NCBI GenBank assembly: GCA_951406725.2
Contig: OX597824.1
Location: 33,666,001-33,730,000, forward strand
From: Octopus vulgaris
Taxonomy: Eukaryota
DNA: 64,000 nt
Reading direction: 5' to 3'
Positions 27,959 through 40,976 of the stretch are shown piece by piece. The notes under the pieces are model-generated. The model was given only the letters and a program-made list of their open reading frames with translations. It did not search any database and was not told the origin of the DNA. The number at the start of each line of letters is the position of its first letter. Position 1 is the first letter of the stretch. A program made the translations under genes and the position numbers.

Positions 27959-28894
27959 CAGTGATTTGGTTGAACGGGGTACTTAGGAATGGTTTTATAA
28001 GTATTCAGTCAATAACAGAGTATTACCCAAGGAAGGTTGTAAACTGCAAATGACGGACTCCTTCAGCTTCTAACCCTTAAGTTGGCCGTATATTCATCTT
28101 ATATCTTTTATTTGTTTCAGTCATTAGACTGCGGCCATGCTGTAGCACCGCCTTGAAGAATCGACCTCACTACTTTGATTTTCAAACCTGGAACTCATTC
28201 TATCGGTCTCATCTACCGAATCGTTAAATTACGGAGATGTTAACACACCACCACCGTTTGACAACCGGCATTGGTGTGTTTACGTCTGTAATTTAACGAT
28301 TCGGTAGATGAGACCGATTGAATGAGTACCAGGCTTGAAAATCAAAGTAGTGAGGTCGATATATATACGACGGGGCTTCTTCCAATGTCCGTCTACTAAA
28401 TCCACTCACAAGGCTTTGTTTGCTCCGAGACTATAGTAGAAGACACTTGCCCAAGTTGCCGACTCGTATATATTCATGCACAGTTTGATTTCTCTTTATC
28501 ATCACATACACATTGTGCACAAGCAAAGCTGACGAATACCACAGTAAATTTAACTCTTTCTTGATGTATTGACATTGAATATGATACACAGCTGTCTATT
28601 TTAATCCTATACTTTTTCTGTTACATGTAACAAATTTTTCTTCAGTCGGAAATATAATTGCAACGCCAGTGATTCTTTAATCACTGTTTTCGTATATCAG
28701 TAACGACGGATTTCGTCATATGCAGTTGATAGACTGAACATGCTACGGATAAAGCTCAAAGGGACAGAAATGACCATGCAGCATTCTCGCCACCACTGGT
28801 GAGCGGTCTTCGTCTGCTACTGATGTATTTATGTTTTTAAACATGGCACGTCCATAAAAGATTTATCTTCGGACAAATACCGTAGTAAATTGGT

Positions 28895-29311
28895 GGATCT
28901 TTTCTGTTTGAACGGCAGTTTTTAAAAATAATTTCCACGTAACTAAACACTTTTAAACTTCGTATTCTGGTAGGATGTGTTTATAAAACATCTTTTTCTC
29001 TTGGCTTTATTGAGAAAATTCTATAGTTTGTAAGATATTTGTTGTTGTTTTTTTCTTCAATTTCTGTAATTTCAACCAATCAATGACGTCTATTGAGGTG
29101 AAAACATTCTGTGCCGTATGAATATGTCCGTCGTTTAAGAAACATATTGGGTTTATTTACATTTCTGAAGAAAAAAAAAGATACCCTCCCCACCCCTAAC
29201 CCTAACCCTAAAACAGATTGAAATGCAATAGATCGATACTAGGGTCATAATTATGGGTGACAATTTCATATGACACCTCTAGAAAAACTGCCGTTCAAAC
29301 CGAAAAGATCC
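28895..29311. mobile_element. MITE with GGATCTTTTC-TIRs, copy 1
   Basis: TIRs GGATCTTTTCTGTTTGAACGGCAGTTTTT / AAAAACTGCCGTTCAAACCGAAAAGATCC; internal (CCCTAA)n; near-identical copy at 42379-42790. Confidence 0.9.
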
Positions 29312-30357
29312 AAATTTGCTTTTTTTTCGATGTATTTGCGTTAAGTATAAAACACAAATGGCTATAATAAAAACTGTAATTCGCTGCCGCACAGCTTCTA
29401 TTTGGGAAGACGTTTCTCAAAGAGAAATAAGGTCGATAGGCATCTGCAGCAGAAGACATTTATCAATAAACCAATGCCTTTCCCCACTCCTTCGGACAGG
29501 CATAATTTTTTTCTCCCTCTTCCATCTCTGTTTACAACTTGGTCGATTGGACAATTTGGAAGTTCTGACCTCGAATACAAAGCATTACTGCCGACAGTAT
29601 ACACTCTATTAACGTTTTAATGGGGAGATACAATTATTGATTACTACAAATAGACGTTTAAAGACTCGGTTATCTCCATTGAATACAATCCATCTAGTTG
29701 ATTTGACGGAAATTGTTTCTTCACATAAATCGTTTTCCTTGTTCTTTTAAATTTATATGGCCTACTTTCTCCACTCCTTTCTATCAATGTTTATAGAAAT
29801 TCCGCTACAAGGTGACAAATTACGTTATAGTCAGACCACATGCCGGATTGTTTGCATAAACTCAATTGATCATTATAAATAGCGAGAACACTATACAACG
29901 CTCAGTAATTCCATAGTATTTCTTAGTAATTCTGGTATTAACTTTTTTTGAGTGGGCATATCTGAACAGTCAGAATAACACAAAACACTTCCACTGACAG
30001 ACTCCACGACCCTCACATGGCCCCAGCCAACACACAGTTTGGGCCTCTGACATCTAATCTCCTAATATAATAAAGAGCGTAGTTTTTTTTTTGACCCTCC
30101 AAAATCCTAAATTTTATTTTAGAATTTATGGGAGCAACTGTCTTTGAAGATTCGAAATGAGGAGTAAACAGACAGCTGACAACTGATGAAGGGTCCTTCC
30201 TCTGTGTTTACTTGTCCTGTTTTCCTTTTTTCTCGTTGTTTGCGTATTTGACACGTTTATTTACATATTTCATGTTGTTTGGTTTGCATGTATGTATACA
30301 TATATATGTATATATTATTTACTATTCAATTGAACGCGGCGCATCCATTTCCAAGTA

Positions 30358-30407
<50 letters not shown>

Positions 30408-30907
30408 AGAGGAAAAAGAACCCTCTATTAAACAATTCAATAATGAAAGATGCTATTCACACCATATAGAAAACATATACTATAAAAAGAACCTTATTCT
30501 AAAAATCAATAACGTACAATAAATAGTAAATAGTAGTAAAAAAAGGGGTACATAACAATCACATATACAAACATTTACATAATTCCCTTGCACATGGGCA
30601 TATCTGAACAGTCAGATTAACCCAAAACACCTCCACTGACAGTCACCACGACGCTCACATGACCCCAGCCAACACACAGTTTACTATTTATTGTACGTTA
30701 TTGATTTTTAGAATAAGGTTTTTATAGTATATGTTTTCTATATAGTGTGAATAGCATCTTTCATTATTGAATTGTTTGATAGAGGGTTTTTTTCTTTAAA
30801 TTATATACATATATTATATGTTGTGAAATTTGATTAAAGATTGTTAAATTGAATTTTTCCCTGTAAGTTTTGGAATTATATTCCCTACTACAACTACTAC
30901 TACTACA

Positions 30908-30944
<37 letters not shown>

Positions 30945-30996
30945 TTATTATTATTATTATTATTATTATTATCATCATCATTATTATTATTATTAC

Positions 30997-31063
<67 letters not shown>

Positions 31064-31599
31064 CATACATACATACATACATATATTTGTCCAAAATCAC
31101 AGAGTAGGACTAGGACTTAGTAGGAGAAAGAGTAGTGTAAGTGAAGTGAGAAGAGAGAAAATAGTAATTCAGTGAAGGAGAAGTAGTGAGAGTAATAGCC
31201 CTGACTGAGAGAGAGTGAGAGAAAGTAAAAGCAATGAGAGAAAGGAAGTGGCAAAGAGAGCGTCGTGTATCTTCTATTTTTCTCCGTCACAGCATATGAA
31301 TGAGAAAGGAAGGGGTGATAGATAAATATCGAAAGCAGGTGTGAAAAAATCAGCGTTTCAACTCCGTGTGAGTGTATGTGTGTATGTAAAAGGGAGGTAT
31401 GTGAATGTTTGTGTGTGTGTTGTGTGTGTGTGTGTGCAATGGAAATGGGATGGTGAACGCTCAACGCTCAAACCAAAAATCAAACAGCATTTCAACTCTG
31501 TGTGAGTATGTGTGTGCATGTAAAAAGGAGATATGTAAATGTTTGTATCTGTGATTATTATGTACCCTTATTTTATACCTTATTTATATATAAAATACT

Positions 31600-32670
31600 A
31601 CGATTAACCGTCATTTTTGACAGAGATCAGTAGTACGATTTCTGTGGTCTGAAGGTGTGTCAAGGGTTGAAATTTATCGCAGGCTTTCATTACATACGGA
31701 GGCATCGCTCTGCTGCATAGGAGTGTGTGTAAGTGAATCGTGAAGTATAAAAATGGCCGGACAAGCGTGAAACACGAAGAGGAACAGGGCACCCAACAGC
31801 CTCCACCACTGACGATTCAACAAGTTCGAGAGATGGTTCTGGCGAACTGATGAATGGCCACCAATGAAGTGACATGTTCTCCGCAGATTAGTCATGATTC
31901 TGCTTACGAAATAATCCACGCCAAGCTTCACCTTTGTAAAGTTTGTGCGAGAGGAGTACCAAGAGAGTTTATCGAAACGCATATGTGCGATTATGTTGAG
32001 ATCTGTCAACGGTTATTCGCCCGCTACAACGATGAAGGCGAGGCTATTTTTGGAGAGAATAGTCCCAGGTGATAAGACTTGAGTCCATCACTTTGAGCCA
32101 GGATCCAAAAGGCATATTATGGAATAGAAACAACTGGAATCGCCAGCAAAAAAAAAATTCAAGACTCAACCTTCCATTGGAAAAGGTGATGCTAACCATT
32201 TTGGGGACGCAAAAATGCCTATACTGGAACATTACCTAGCAAAGGGGTCTACAGTTGCCAGTGTAGGTTACAGTGGAATACTGAGGACAAAGTGACACCA
32301 GCAAATTCGCACCAAACGCCGAGATCTATTGTCAAAACAAGTGTTATTGTTGCACAACAATGCAAGCCCTCATACGGCCGCCCACACCGTTGAAACATTG
32401 AAAAATTGAGTTTCGATAAAAAATAAAATCGAGTTGCTGGAGCAACCTGCGTACAGTTCAGATCTCACCCCTTTCTGCTATCACCTCTCCGGACCGCTCA
32501 AACATCCTGCACGACCAGCGGAAAATCTTCTCCGATGGACCACTGGACCACTGGAAGACGTGCATCAGAAAACAAGAAGACTAAGTCGAAAAATAATGTA
32601 ATTGTTCATATCCTGCATTTTAAAAAATGAATTACAGAAACAAAAGTGCATTTAATTTTAAACTTACCTA
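31600..32670 (+). mobile_element. Decayed mariner-like transposase relic
   Basis: KVCARGVPR, VHHFEPGSK, LLLHNNASPH and QPAYSSDLTP remnants with stops. Confidence 0.8.
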
Positions 32671-33219
32671 TATATATATATATATATTAGAACTCTCTCA
32701 TTACACACTACATACTTCTTTTAGGACATGGCAAATATGTGTGTGTGTGTGTGTGAAATTTTTTAAAGTGGAAGCTGAAATTCCATACTTTTGAAATCTT
32801 TTTGAAATTCCTACCAGACGCAAACTTTGACGCCCAAATACAGAACACGTCCTGGAAATACAGACGTATGGTAATCTTGGTTAAATCTAAATTCGGGGAA
32901 GTGATTAGAAGTTTTCACACTATTGGCTTGTTAAAAGTATGCCACCCACTTCACCTAAACAGAATGGATTTATATTAATGAATTTTTAGGGGTTATTTTC
33001 TTCTCTTTCTTGAACGGAACTGATAATTAACCAAATAAATATTTCCCCTCAAGAATATAATATTAATTAATTTAATTTCCCTTATTTACTACAACATTAG
33101 ATATGCTAGCCATGACCTTATTTGCTATCTATTCTGTCTTTTGACATTCAAAATCGTAAATACCAAACGTATCAAGCTATAATCATCATCATCATCATCA
33201 TCACTATTATTATTATTAT

Positions 33220-33251
<32 letters not shown>

Positions 33252-34044
33252 AGTGAGTGAGTGAGCAGCACAAACCACCAAATTGACGCTGGGGTAGAAA
33301 TATACGAACCCCAATATGCCCATTGTGACTACATGTCTGATAAGGGTACACCTAACATGTGCTCGACATAGTGATCTCATATTCAAGATAAACAGCACAT
33401 GACCTTGCAGGTGGAGCTCAGTTAGACATTTCTTCGGTTCGAGTATCTCCAAAGGTCTCTGAATAAAGGTTGTTTGAGGATGATTGAACGAAACACTTGC
33501 GTTTCTAGAGGTTAATTATTCAAACCCGCCAAAAATTCCTCTCAGTTCTTGGTTATGATGCTCCCCCCACTTCCACTCGTGATCAGAGATGCAAATATTA
33601 TTTGTCACTCAATAAATATCATGTTTAAATATTTACAGCCACATTTTATGTTTATCTTTAAGTGAATAATATCCTGCAATCCTTATGGTAATTGCTACAG
33701 ACCTAAAACTGTTCATTATATCCTGTTTCGAGTTTATCCATAAATATTTTATTTTCCCTTATATCAATTTATAGCAACATCGTTCTTTATCAATTGACCT
33801 CTCTTCCTTATAGCCCTTTCGTTGATCGGTTGTCTTTCATTAAATCCTATTTTGTTCTGTTTCTACCTACTTCCTTGTCTATCTAATGCCAACTAATATA
33901 TATATACATCAACTGAGTCAGTTGATGGGCTCCACTACCTCAAATGTTCTTAAAATTTAAATCCACATCTTTGTCTATATATCTACCTTCTCTATAATGT
34001 TGCCACTTGATATGAAAATTTTGGTATTAATGGAAAACCTCTAT

Positions 34045-34135
34045 AATTGGCTGATGACTACTCGGCATTTTAAATCTGTTGTAATACATACAACATTTAA
34101 TAAAATGATGTAGTACGAAACTATCGTACCAAATT
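34045..34135 (+). ncRNA. Type I hammerhead-like motif (Penelope-type) with long stem II
   Basis: TTGG-CTGATGA(34051-34057)-CTAC..CATTTTA..TGTTGT/ACAACA..TAAAATG..GTAG-tac-GAAA(34117-34120)-C-TATC-G-TA-CCAA. Confidence 0.6.
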
Positions 34136-37100
34136 ACCGGAGTCATTCTTGTTGCTTATTTGGATATATATATATATATATATCTTTTACTCTTTTATTT
34201 GTTTCAGTCATTTGGCTGTGGCCATGCTGGAGCACCGCCTTTAGTCGAGCAAATCGACTCCAGGACTTATTCTTTGTAAGCCTAGTACTTATTCCATCGG
34301 TGTCTTTTGCCGAACCGCTAAGTTACGGTGACGTAAACACACCAGCATCGGTTGTCAAGCGATGTTGGGGGAACAAACACAGACACACAAACATACACAC
34401 AAGGCTTAGGTCGGCCTGAGGCTATAGTAGAAGACACTTGCCCAAAAGAATCCTGTTTAATTCAGTTTGAATCTAGTAAGTAAATACATTTACTTTCTCG
34501 TCGTTTATCTGTCGTGTATCAGTCCAGATATTTTGTATCCTGATGTGATTTTTAAATTTTCCTGCATTCCTAATAGAGGGGACGTTAATTATAAAGGGCT
34601 TTTAATAAATTTAACGTCATTTTAAGACAGTTTTACATTCACTCAAGATATTTGTAATTCCTGAGCGTGGAATTATCGAGGTGATCTTCAGTGCTTTTGG
34701 TCCCTCTGAGATTTGAATAGGTACCTATGGAAGGGTCAAAGAATTATAATGCCTTACTAACTCATTACAAAACCTCAATTTTCTCTTACGGTTGAAAACA
34801 TGCAACAATGATTAAATTTTGTTGCAAGATTTATTGTTTTCGTTGAGATTTTTTTTATCATATTCTATTGGCTTCTTCATTTTGTTTTCATGCCTGAACG
34901 AATGAGTTTAAATAAGAAAATGGGCATTCCTGCACGTGTGTGCCCCACCCAACTTTGTTGCCTCATATCTTCCAGAAAAATGGATATTTTTTAATGACAT
35001 TTCCTACAAATACGCTTCAGATGGTGTAGATTCTGATTATATCGGAATATGTAGCGAAAGGATTTTTCTTAGGGTGGAGTGAGGAGTTTCGGAAAATTCT
35101 CATGAGTCGGTTTTGTTTCCTCATAGCTGTCAGAAAAATGGTTAATTTTTTATGAAATTTCCTATAAATACCTTTCATTGACCTAGTGCTCAACTGGAAC
35201 CTATTTTATCCACACCGAAAGGATGAAAGATAGAGTCGACCTTGGCGGAATTTGAACTTAGAACGTGCAGATGGACGAAATGCCGCTAAGCATTTTGCTC
35301 AGCATGCTAACAATTCTGCCAGCTCGCTGCCTTGTGTTTGATAAAAATATTGAAAACTACGGAGTGGAGTGAAGGTACGTGTGCTCACAGCAACAACAAT
35401 AATACTAAAAATAATTTTCTCATATAGGTACACGACCTTGAAATCATTTGCTGACCCTAACCTTAACCCTACACTAACCCTAAATTTTAGCCTTCGTTTT
35501 TGTTTTCTTAATTGTTAGATTAATTTAATTGTTACGCGTGTGTCTAAAATTATTTGTTTTGTTTTTGTTTTGAGATACACATGTATTGTTTAAACTATTT
35601 TCCATTGCTTAAGAAAAAAAAACCAAAGGCTAAAATGAAAGCAATGGAAAATAATTGAAATAATTAACAAACAAAATAATTCTATAATTTTATACTCACG
35701 CTTTCCGAACGTAAACATAACAGTGACAGGATGTTGTCTCAGTTTTAGACGCAGCAAATGATTTTAGCTAAATAGAGGCCATCTATTGGTTAAAATTCGA
35801 AAAATTAAACTACGTCCAACTTACAAATTACAATTTTCGCAAGAAAGCCAAGAGAAAAAAATGTTTTATTTTGACACATTCTACCAGTATACGAAGTTTA
35901 AAAGTGTTTAGTTAAGTAAAAATTGTGTTGAATACTGCCGTTCAAAAGGAAAAGATCCAATAAACTTCATCGCTTGACTGGAGCTTTATTTTATCAACCC
36001 CGGAAAAATAAAAAAAAATTAAATTAACCTTGGCAGGATTTGAACTCGAAACGTAAAGAGTCAGAAGAAATACCGACAAAGTATTTTCTCCGACACTCAA
36101 ACGATTCTGCCATCTCAATACAATATTAAAAATAATCCTTTTATAGGTACAAGGCCTGAAATTTGGTGGGAGGAAATAATCGAATGCTGGTACATTATTT
36201 TATCGATCCCGAAAGGATGAAAAACAAAGTCAACCTCGGAGGCATTTGAACTCAGAACGTAAAGCCAAAAGAAATGTCACTAAGCGTTTTATCTGGCGCG
36301 GTAACAATTCTGCCAGCTGGCAATAATAATAATAATATTAATAATAATAATGGTTTCAAATTTTGGTACAAGGCCATTAATTTCAAGGCATTGTGTAAGT
36401 AGATTACATTGATCTCAGTACTCAACTGGTACTATTTTATCGACCCCAAAAGGATGAAAGGCAAAGTAAAGACGGACGAAATACCTATTTCTTTACTACC
36501 CACAAGGGGGTAAACACAGAGGGGACAAACAAGGACAGACAAATGGATTAAGTCAATTATATCAACCCCAGTGCTCAACTGGTACTTATTTAATCAACCC
36601 CGAAAGGATGAAAGGCAAAGTCGACCTTGGCGGAATTTGAACTCAGGACGTAGCGGCAGACGAAATACTGCTAAGCATTTCGCCCGATGTGCTAACGATT
36701 CTGCCAGCTTGCCGCCCTAATAACAACAACAATAATAATAATAATAATAATAATTTCTTTATTTGTCACAAGGGCTCATATATACATACAAATATAACGT
36801 AAAAACTTGAGGGTGGACAAGACAAACTTGTACTGAAACGAGAATATTATATGATTATTTTAAAATTTTGAGGATTAAATAACACAAAATAAATATAAAA
36901 TTATATTTAAAAATATACAATAATGAACACAAGATAAAATTTAAACAAGGAAAACTGTTTAAAAGCTGGATGAAGAATCACTACCTAGGTCGGCTGTGTG
37001 TGTCCCGCGACTCTTCCCGTCTGCTGCTAGTTTTATTGAAACTGGCTACACTCAAAATGCCTTTAAGAACATTTTTTTATTCGTTGGCCAAACTAAAGCG

Positions 37101-37799
37101 TTTCCAATACCTTAATGTTTTTGTTTGACATTATAATAAAATATTTTCTTCCTCGTATCACATTTTTCTCGGGTTTGTAGAAACCCAGCATTGATCTGAA
37201 GGACACGTTGCTCTATTTCATAGTCATTAAGTCGTTCAGTAGCATGGCACCTTTTCTCTGTGTTTTAGACACCTGTTGTTTTCTCTTACAATTATTTGGC
37301 AAAATCATTATAATGTTAGACAAAGTGCGTACTTTTTCTGGCTCTATATTTTGAGTCTGGGAATGGCAAATAAAGTGCCAGTCATGCACTGGAGGCAATT
37401 TAACCGATTTCCACTCCTCAAATTTGAAGCTTTCTATCTATGCTGGAAATTGGGCGAATTGGCAGAATCATTAAGGTGCTGGGCAAAATGCTTAGTGGAA
37501 TTTCGTCTGTTTTTGCATTCTGATTTAAATTCCACCGAGGATGACTTTGCCTTTCATCCTTTTGGTGTTGATAAAATAAGTATCAGTTATGTCTTGAGGC
37601 CAATGCATTCGACCCTCCACCAAAAAAAAAAGTCAGCAATTTTGAGTGAAGTGGACCCAGTATTAGAGAGGTATTTTACTTTATTAACCCCAGAGAGAGA
37701 AAAGGTAAAATTGACCTCAGCAGGATTTGATCTCAGAAAATATATAACCATAATAAATTTCGCAAGGCATTTCAACTGACGTTCTAACAATTCTACTAC

Positions 37800-38575
37800 A
37801 AATGAGACCAATGCCGGGAGGTGGCTAAGAAAAAGTACTTGAAAGGATGTACCAAGGCACTGATATTCAGCGTCCAGGAACAAACTCTGGGAAGTAATTA
37901 CACCAAGTTCCAAATAGACCCTTTGTAGGATGTATGGCAGCAAAAAACGAAACAATCTAACAAATTGTGAGTGAGTGTAGCAAACTGGCCTAAAAGGAAT
38001 ACAAAAAGAGACATGATAATATAGCTAAGTTTGTTCACTGGGGATTGTGTGAGAAGTACGGTCTCGAAAGAACACAGAAGGCATCACCGTGGATGATGAG
38101 TATAAGATCTTATGGGATTTTACAATCAAATGTGACTCAGTGATTGATACTCAGAGACCAGACATTGTTGTATTGAATAAAAAGGAAACCAAGATCATAG
38201 ATATTGCCATACATGGAGATGCGTGAGTACAAAGGTGACAAAGAACTGAAAAAGATTGAAAACTACAAGCTACTAAAAGACGAAATTGAAGGAATATGGA
38301 CAATGAAGAGTAACTGTCATCCCAGTAGTTGTAGGGGCACTGGGAACACTAACAACCGGGTTTGAGAAATATATTGGGGAAATTGGACCGGACATGAGAG
38401 TAGAACATGCTCAGAAAACTACTCTATTGGAGACAGAGAGGGCTTTGAGATTGGTGTTAAGTATTGTGGAAAGAGACTCTGTGAGGCCTTTGACAATTGG
38501 TTGCTGTCTGCTCTAACAGAATTAAGTGGAGAATGTAAAATCAACAGCTCTGAGAAGTGAAATAGAAATTATAAC
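37800..38575 (+). mobile_element. RLE-type LINE 3' fragment
   Basis: Translated remnants VQEQTL, CRMY, HDN..VHW, ILWDF, RPDIVV and VIPVVVGALG. Confidence 0.8.
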
Positions 38576-38579
38576 AATA

Positions 38580-38855
38580 AGCCAGTGCCACCTTGACTGG
38601 CTCCTGTGCCAGTGGCACGTAAAAAGCACCAACCGATCGTGGCTGCTGCCAGCCTCCCCAGGCACCTGTGCCGGTGGCACGTAAAATGCACCAACTACAT
38701 TCACGGAGTGGTTGGCGTTAGGAAGGGCATCCAGCTGTAGAAACACTGCCAGATCAGACTGGAGACTGGTGCAGCCTCCTGACTTCCCAGACCCCGGTCG
38801 AACTGTCCAACCCTTGCTAGCACGGAAAACGGACGTTAAACGATGATGATGATGA
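38580..38855 (+). mobile_element. 5'-truncated RTE 3'-UTR fragment ending in (GAT)n
   Basis: GGAGTGGTTGGCGTTAGGAAGGGCATCCAGCTGTAGAAAC...AAACGGACGTTAAACGATGATG, shared with 58213-58380. Other fragments at about 43000-43150, 48140-48282(-), 51320-51510, 54030-54490(-) and 63435-63640(-). Confidence 0.85.
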
Positions 38856-39690
38856 ATTCTTTCTAATTTTGGTACAAGGCCAACAGTTTTAGCAGGAGGG
38901 TGTTACTTGATTACATTGGGCCCCAGTACTTAACTAGTACCTATTCTATTGACCACAAAAGGGTGAAAGAAAAAGTTGACTATGGCAGAATTTGAACTTA
39001 GAACATAAAAAGCCAATGGAAGAAATGCGACAAAGCATTTTGTTTGGTATAGTTATATTCTGCTTGCTCACCACCTGAATAATAGCAGTAGACAATAGCT
39101 TTGGTCTGAAATCATGGGGAAGGGACCTAATCTCTTACATCAACCCCAGTACTTTATTTTATCAACCCTAAAAGGATGAAAGACAAAGTCGACTTTAATG
39201 GAATTTGAACTCTGAATGAAAAGGGCCGTAAAGAATACTGTTAAGCATTTTGCCTGGTGCACCAACAGTTCTCCCAGCTTGTCACCATAATAATAATCCT
39301 TTCTTCTATAGGTACGAGGCCTGAAATTTTGGAGGTGGCTAGTCAATTACATCGACCCCAGTGCTCAACTGGTACTTATTCTATTGACCTTGAAAGGATG
39401 AAAGGCAAAGTCGACCTCAGTAGAATTTGAACTCAGAACATGAGGACAGACAAAATACCACTGAGAATTTTGCCTTGCATGCTAAAAATTCTGCCAGCTC
39501 ACCACCTTAATAATAATAATAATAGTTTCATCTTTTGGCACAAGGCCAGCAATTTCAGGGGAGGGGATAAATCAGTTACTCATTTCAAAGGGTACTTATT
39601 TTATCAACCCTGAAAGGACAAAAGGCAAAGCTGACCTTAACAGAAATTTTGTCCAGCATTCTAACAATTCTGCCAGTTTCACTGCCTTAA

Positions 39691-39721
<31 letters not shown>

Positions 39722-40753
39722 GTTTGATCCATTTTAACAAGCATAAAGAAATTTGTTTTGTTTTTTTCCAAATTGGAATACTTGCATATTATTGGAGTAA
39801 GTTTATTTTATTATTACCTTCTTAATATTCACCGAGATGGAGTAGGGTTAATTTTTAACAAGGAAGACAAAAACAGAGAAAGAGAATAGTTGTAATAGAG
39901 TTTGAAAGTCCAATTATTTTGACAGCCAACAAATTCAATATTTGCTTAGGTCTTTTGCTTAGGTCTGTCATGAAAAAAAAAATCAACAAGGTAAAAAATA
40001 AATAAATGTAAAACAGGAAAAAATTTTCAGATATTTGTTGAGGATATTTTATGGTATCATAAACATCAGCCAAATGCAAGTAGGAGAGTAAAAAAACCAA
40101 TAATATTGTAAGAGAAATTTCATGTCAGTTTGGTAAAAATCCATTCAAAGAATACAATATACAACTGATTGTTTTCATTTGTGAATAAAAGTTTGGTTTG
40201 GGGATTTAATTATAAAATGTCGTTTATGAAGGTGTAAAAAGATACTTTTTCTTGAAACAACTAATTCACTTTGGACAATAGTTCCATGATTGGTACAATA
40301 CACTTGTGTTATTATGGAACAATAATGAATAAGTTGGTATTGGAACAAGTTTATTTACAGTCAAGTGACCTTGCAAATATCCCCAGTGAGAAACAGGGTT
40401 AATTGTTAGTTAGTAAAGTCTTTCTTTTCATAATCTCTTTTTTTTTAATGATATAACTTCAAATGTTTTCAGTTATTAACTAACATGTGACTTCCACAAG
40501 TAGAAACATTACAACACTCACATAAGTGCAGATATGAAGAATATTGTTTTCAACCAGTGCACACTCCACAACAGAATAATCAGCAACAAGTTTAGCTGTT
40601 ATATCCAGACAAGGCAACCACAAAAGATACCAGTACCAGAGTAACATATTGTCATTATAATTACCACTGAAGAAAAATCCTCACAAATGAATGGAAGAAA
40701 ACACAATATTTTATACATCTTACTGCCATCCTTAACTATTTCATACAATATTT

Positions 40754-40976
40754 TTAACCCCTCAGCATTTAAACCAGCTATATCTAGCCCAAACATTCTA
40801 CCTGTTTTGTTTTCAAACTGACCAGATCAGGCCTCTCACAACTACCCTGCAATGTCATTCTAAAAGTAAACAAATGCATCATCGAAATCTTAAATCTACA
40901 AGATAATGTATGATTAATTCAAAACAATGTAAATAACATTACATTAGACAGAGCAATCTGAATTCTGAAGGATTAA
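40754..40976. mobile_element. piggyBac-like MITE (TTAA-CCC termini)
   Basis: Starts TTAACCCCTCAGCATTT and ends GAATTCTGAAGGATTAA. Related copies at about 41875-42100, 46601-46820 and 50075-50530 (tandem pair). Confidence 0.7.

Noticed and set aside
28480-29930. Possible decayed DNA-transposase coding region around the MITE
   Set aside because: No diagnostic catalytic motif could be recovered by eye; needs tBLASTn or Dfam.
30149-30200. Hammerhead around CTGATGA (30184) and GAAA (30154)
   Set aside because: No arrangement gives convincing stems II and III together; at best a heavily decayed relic.
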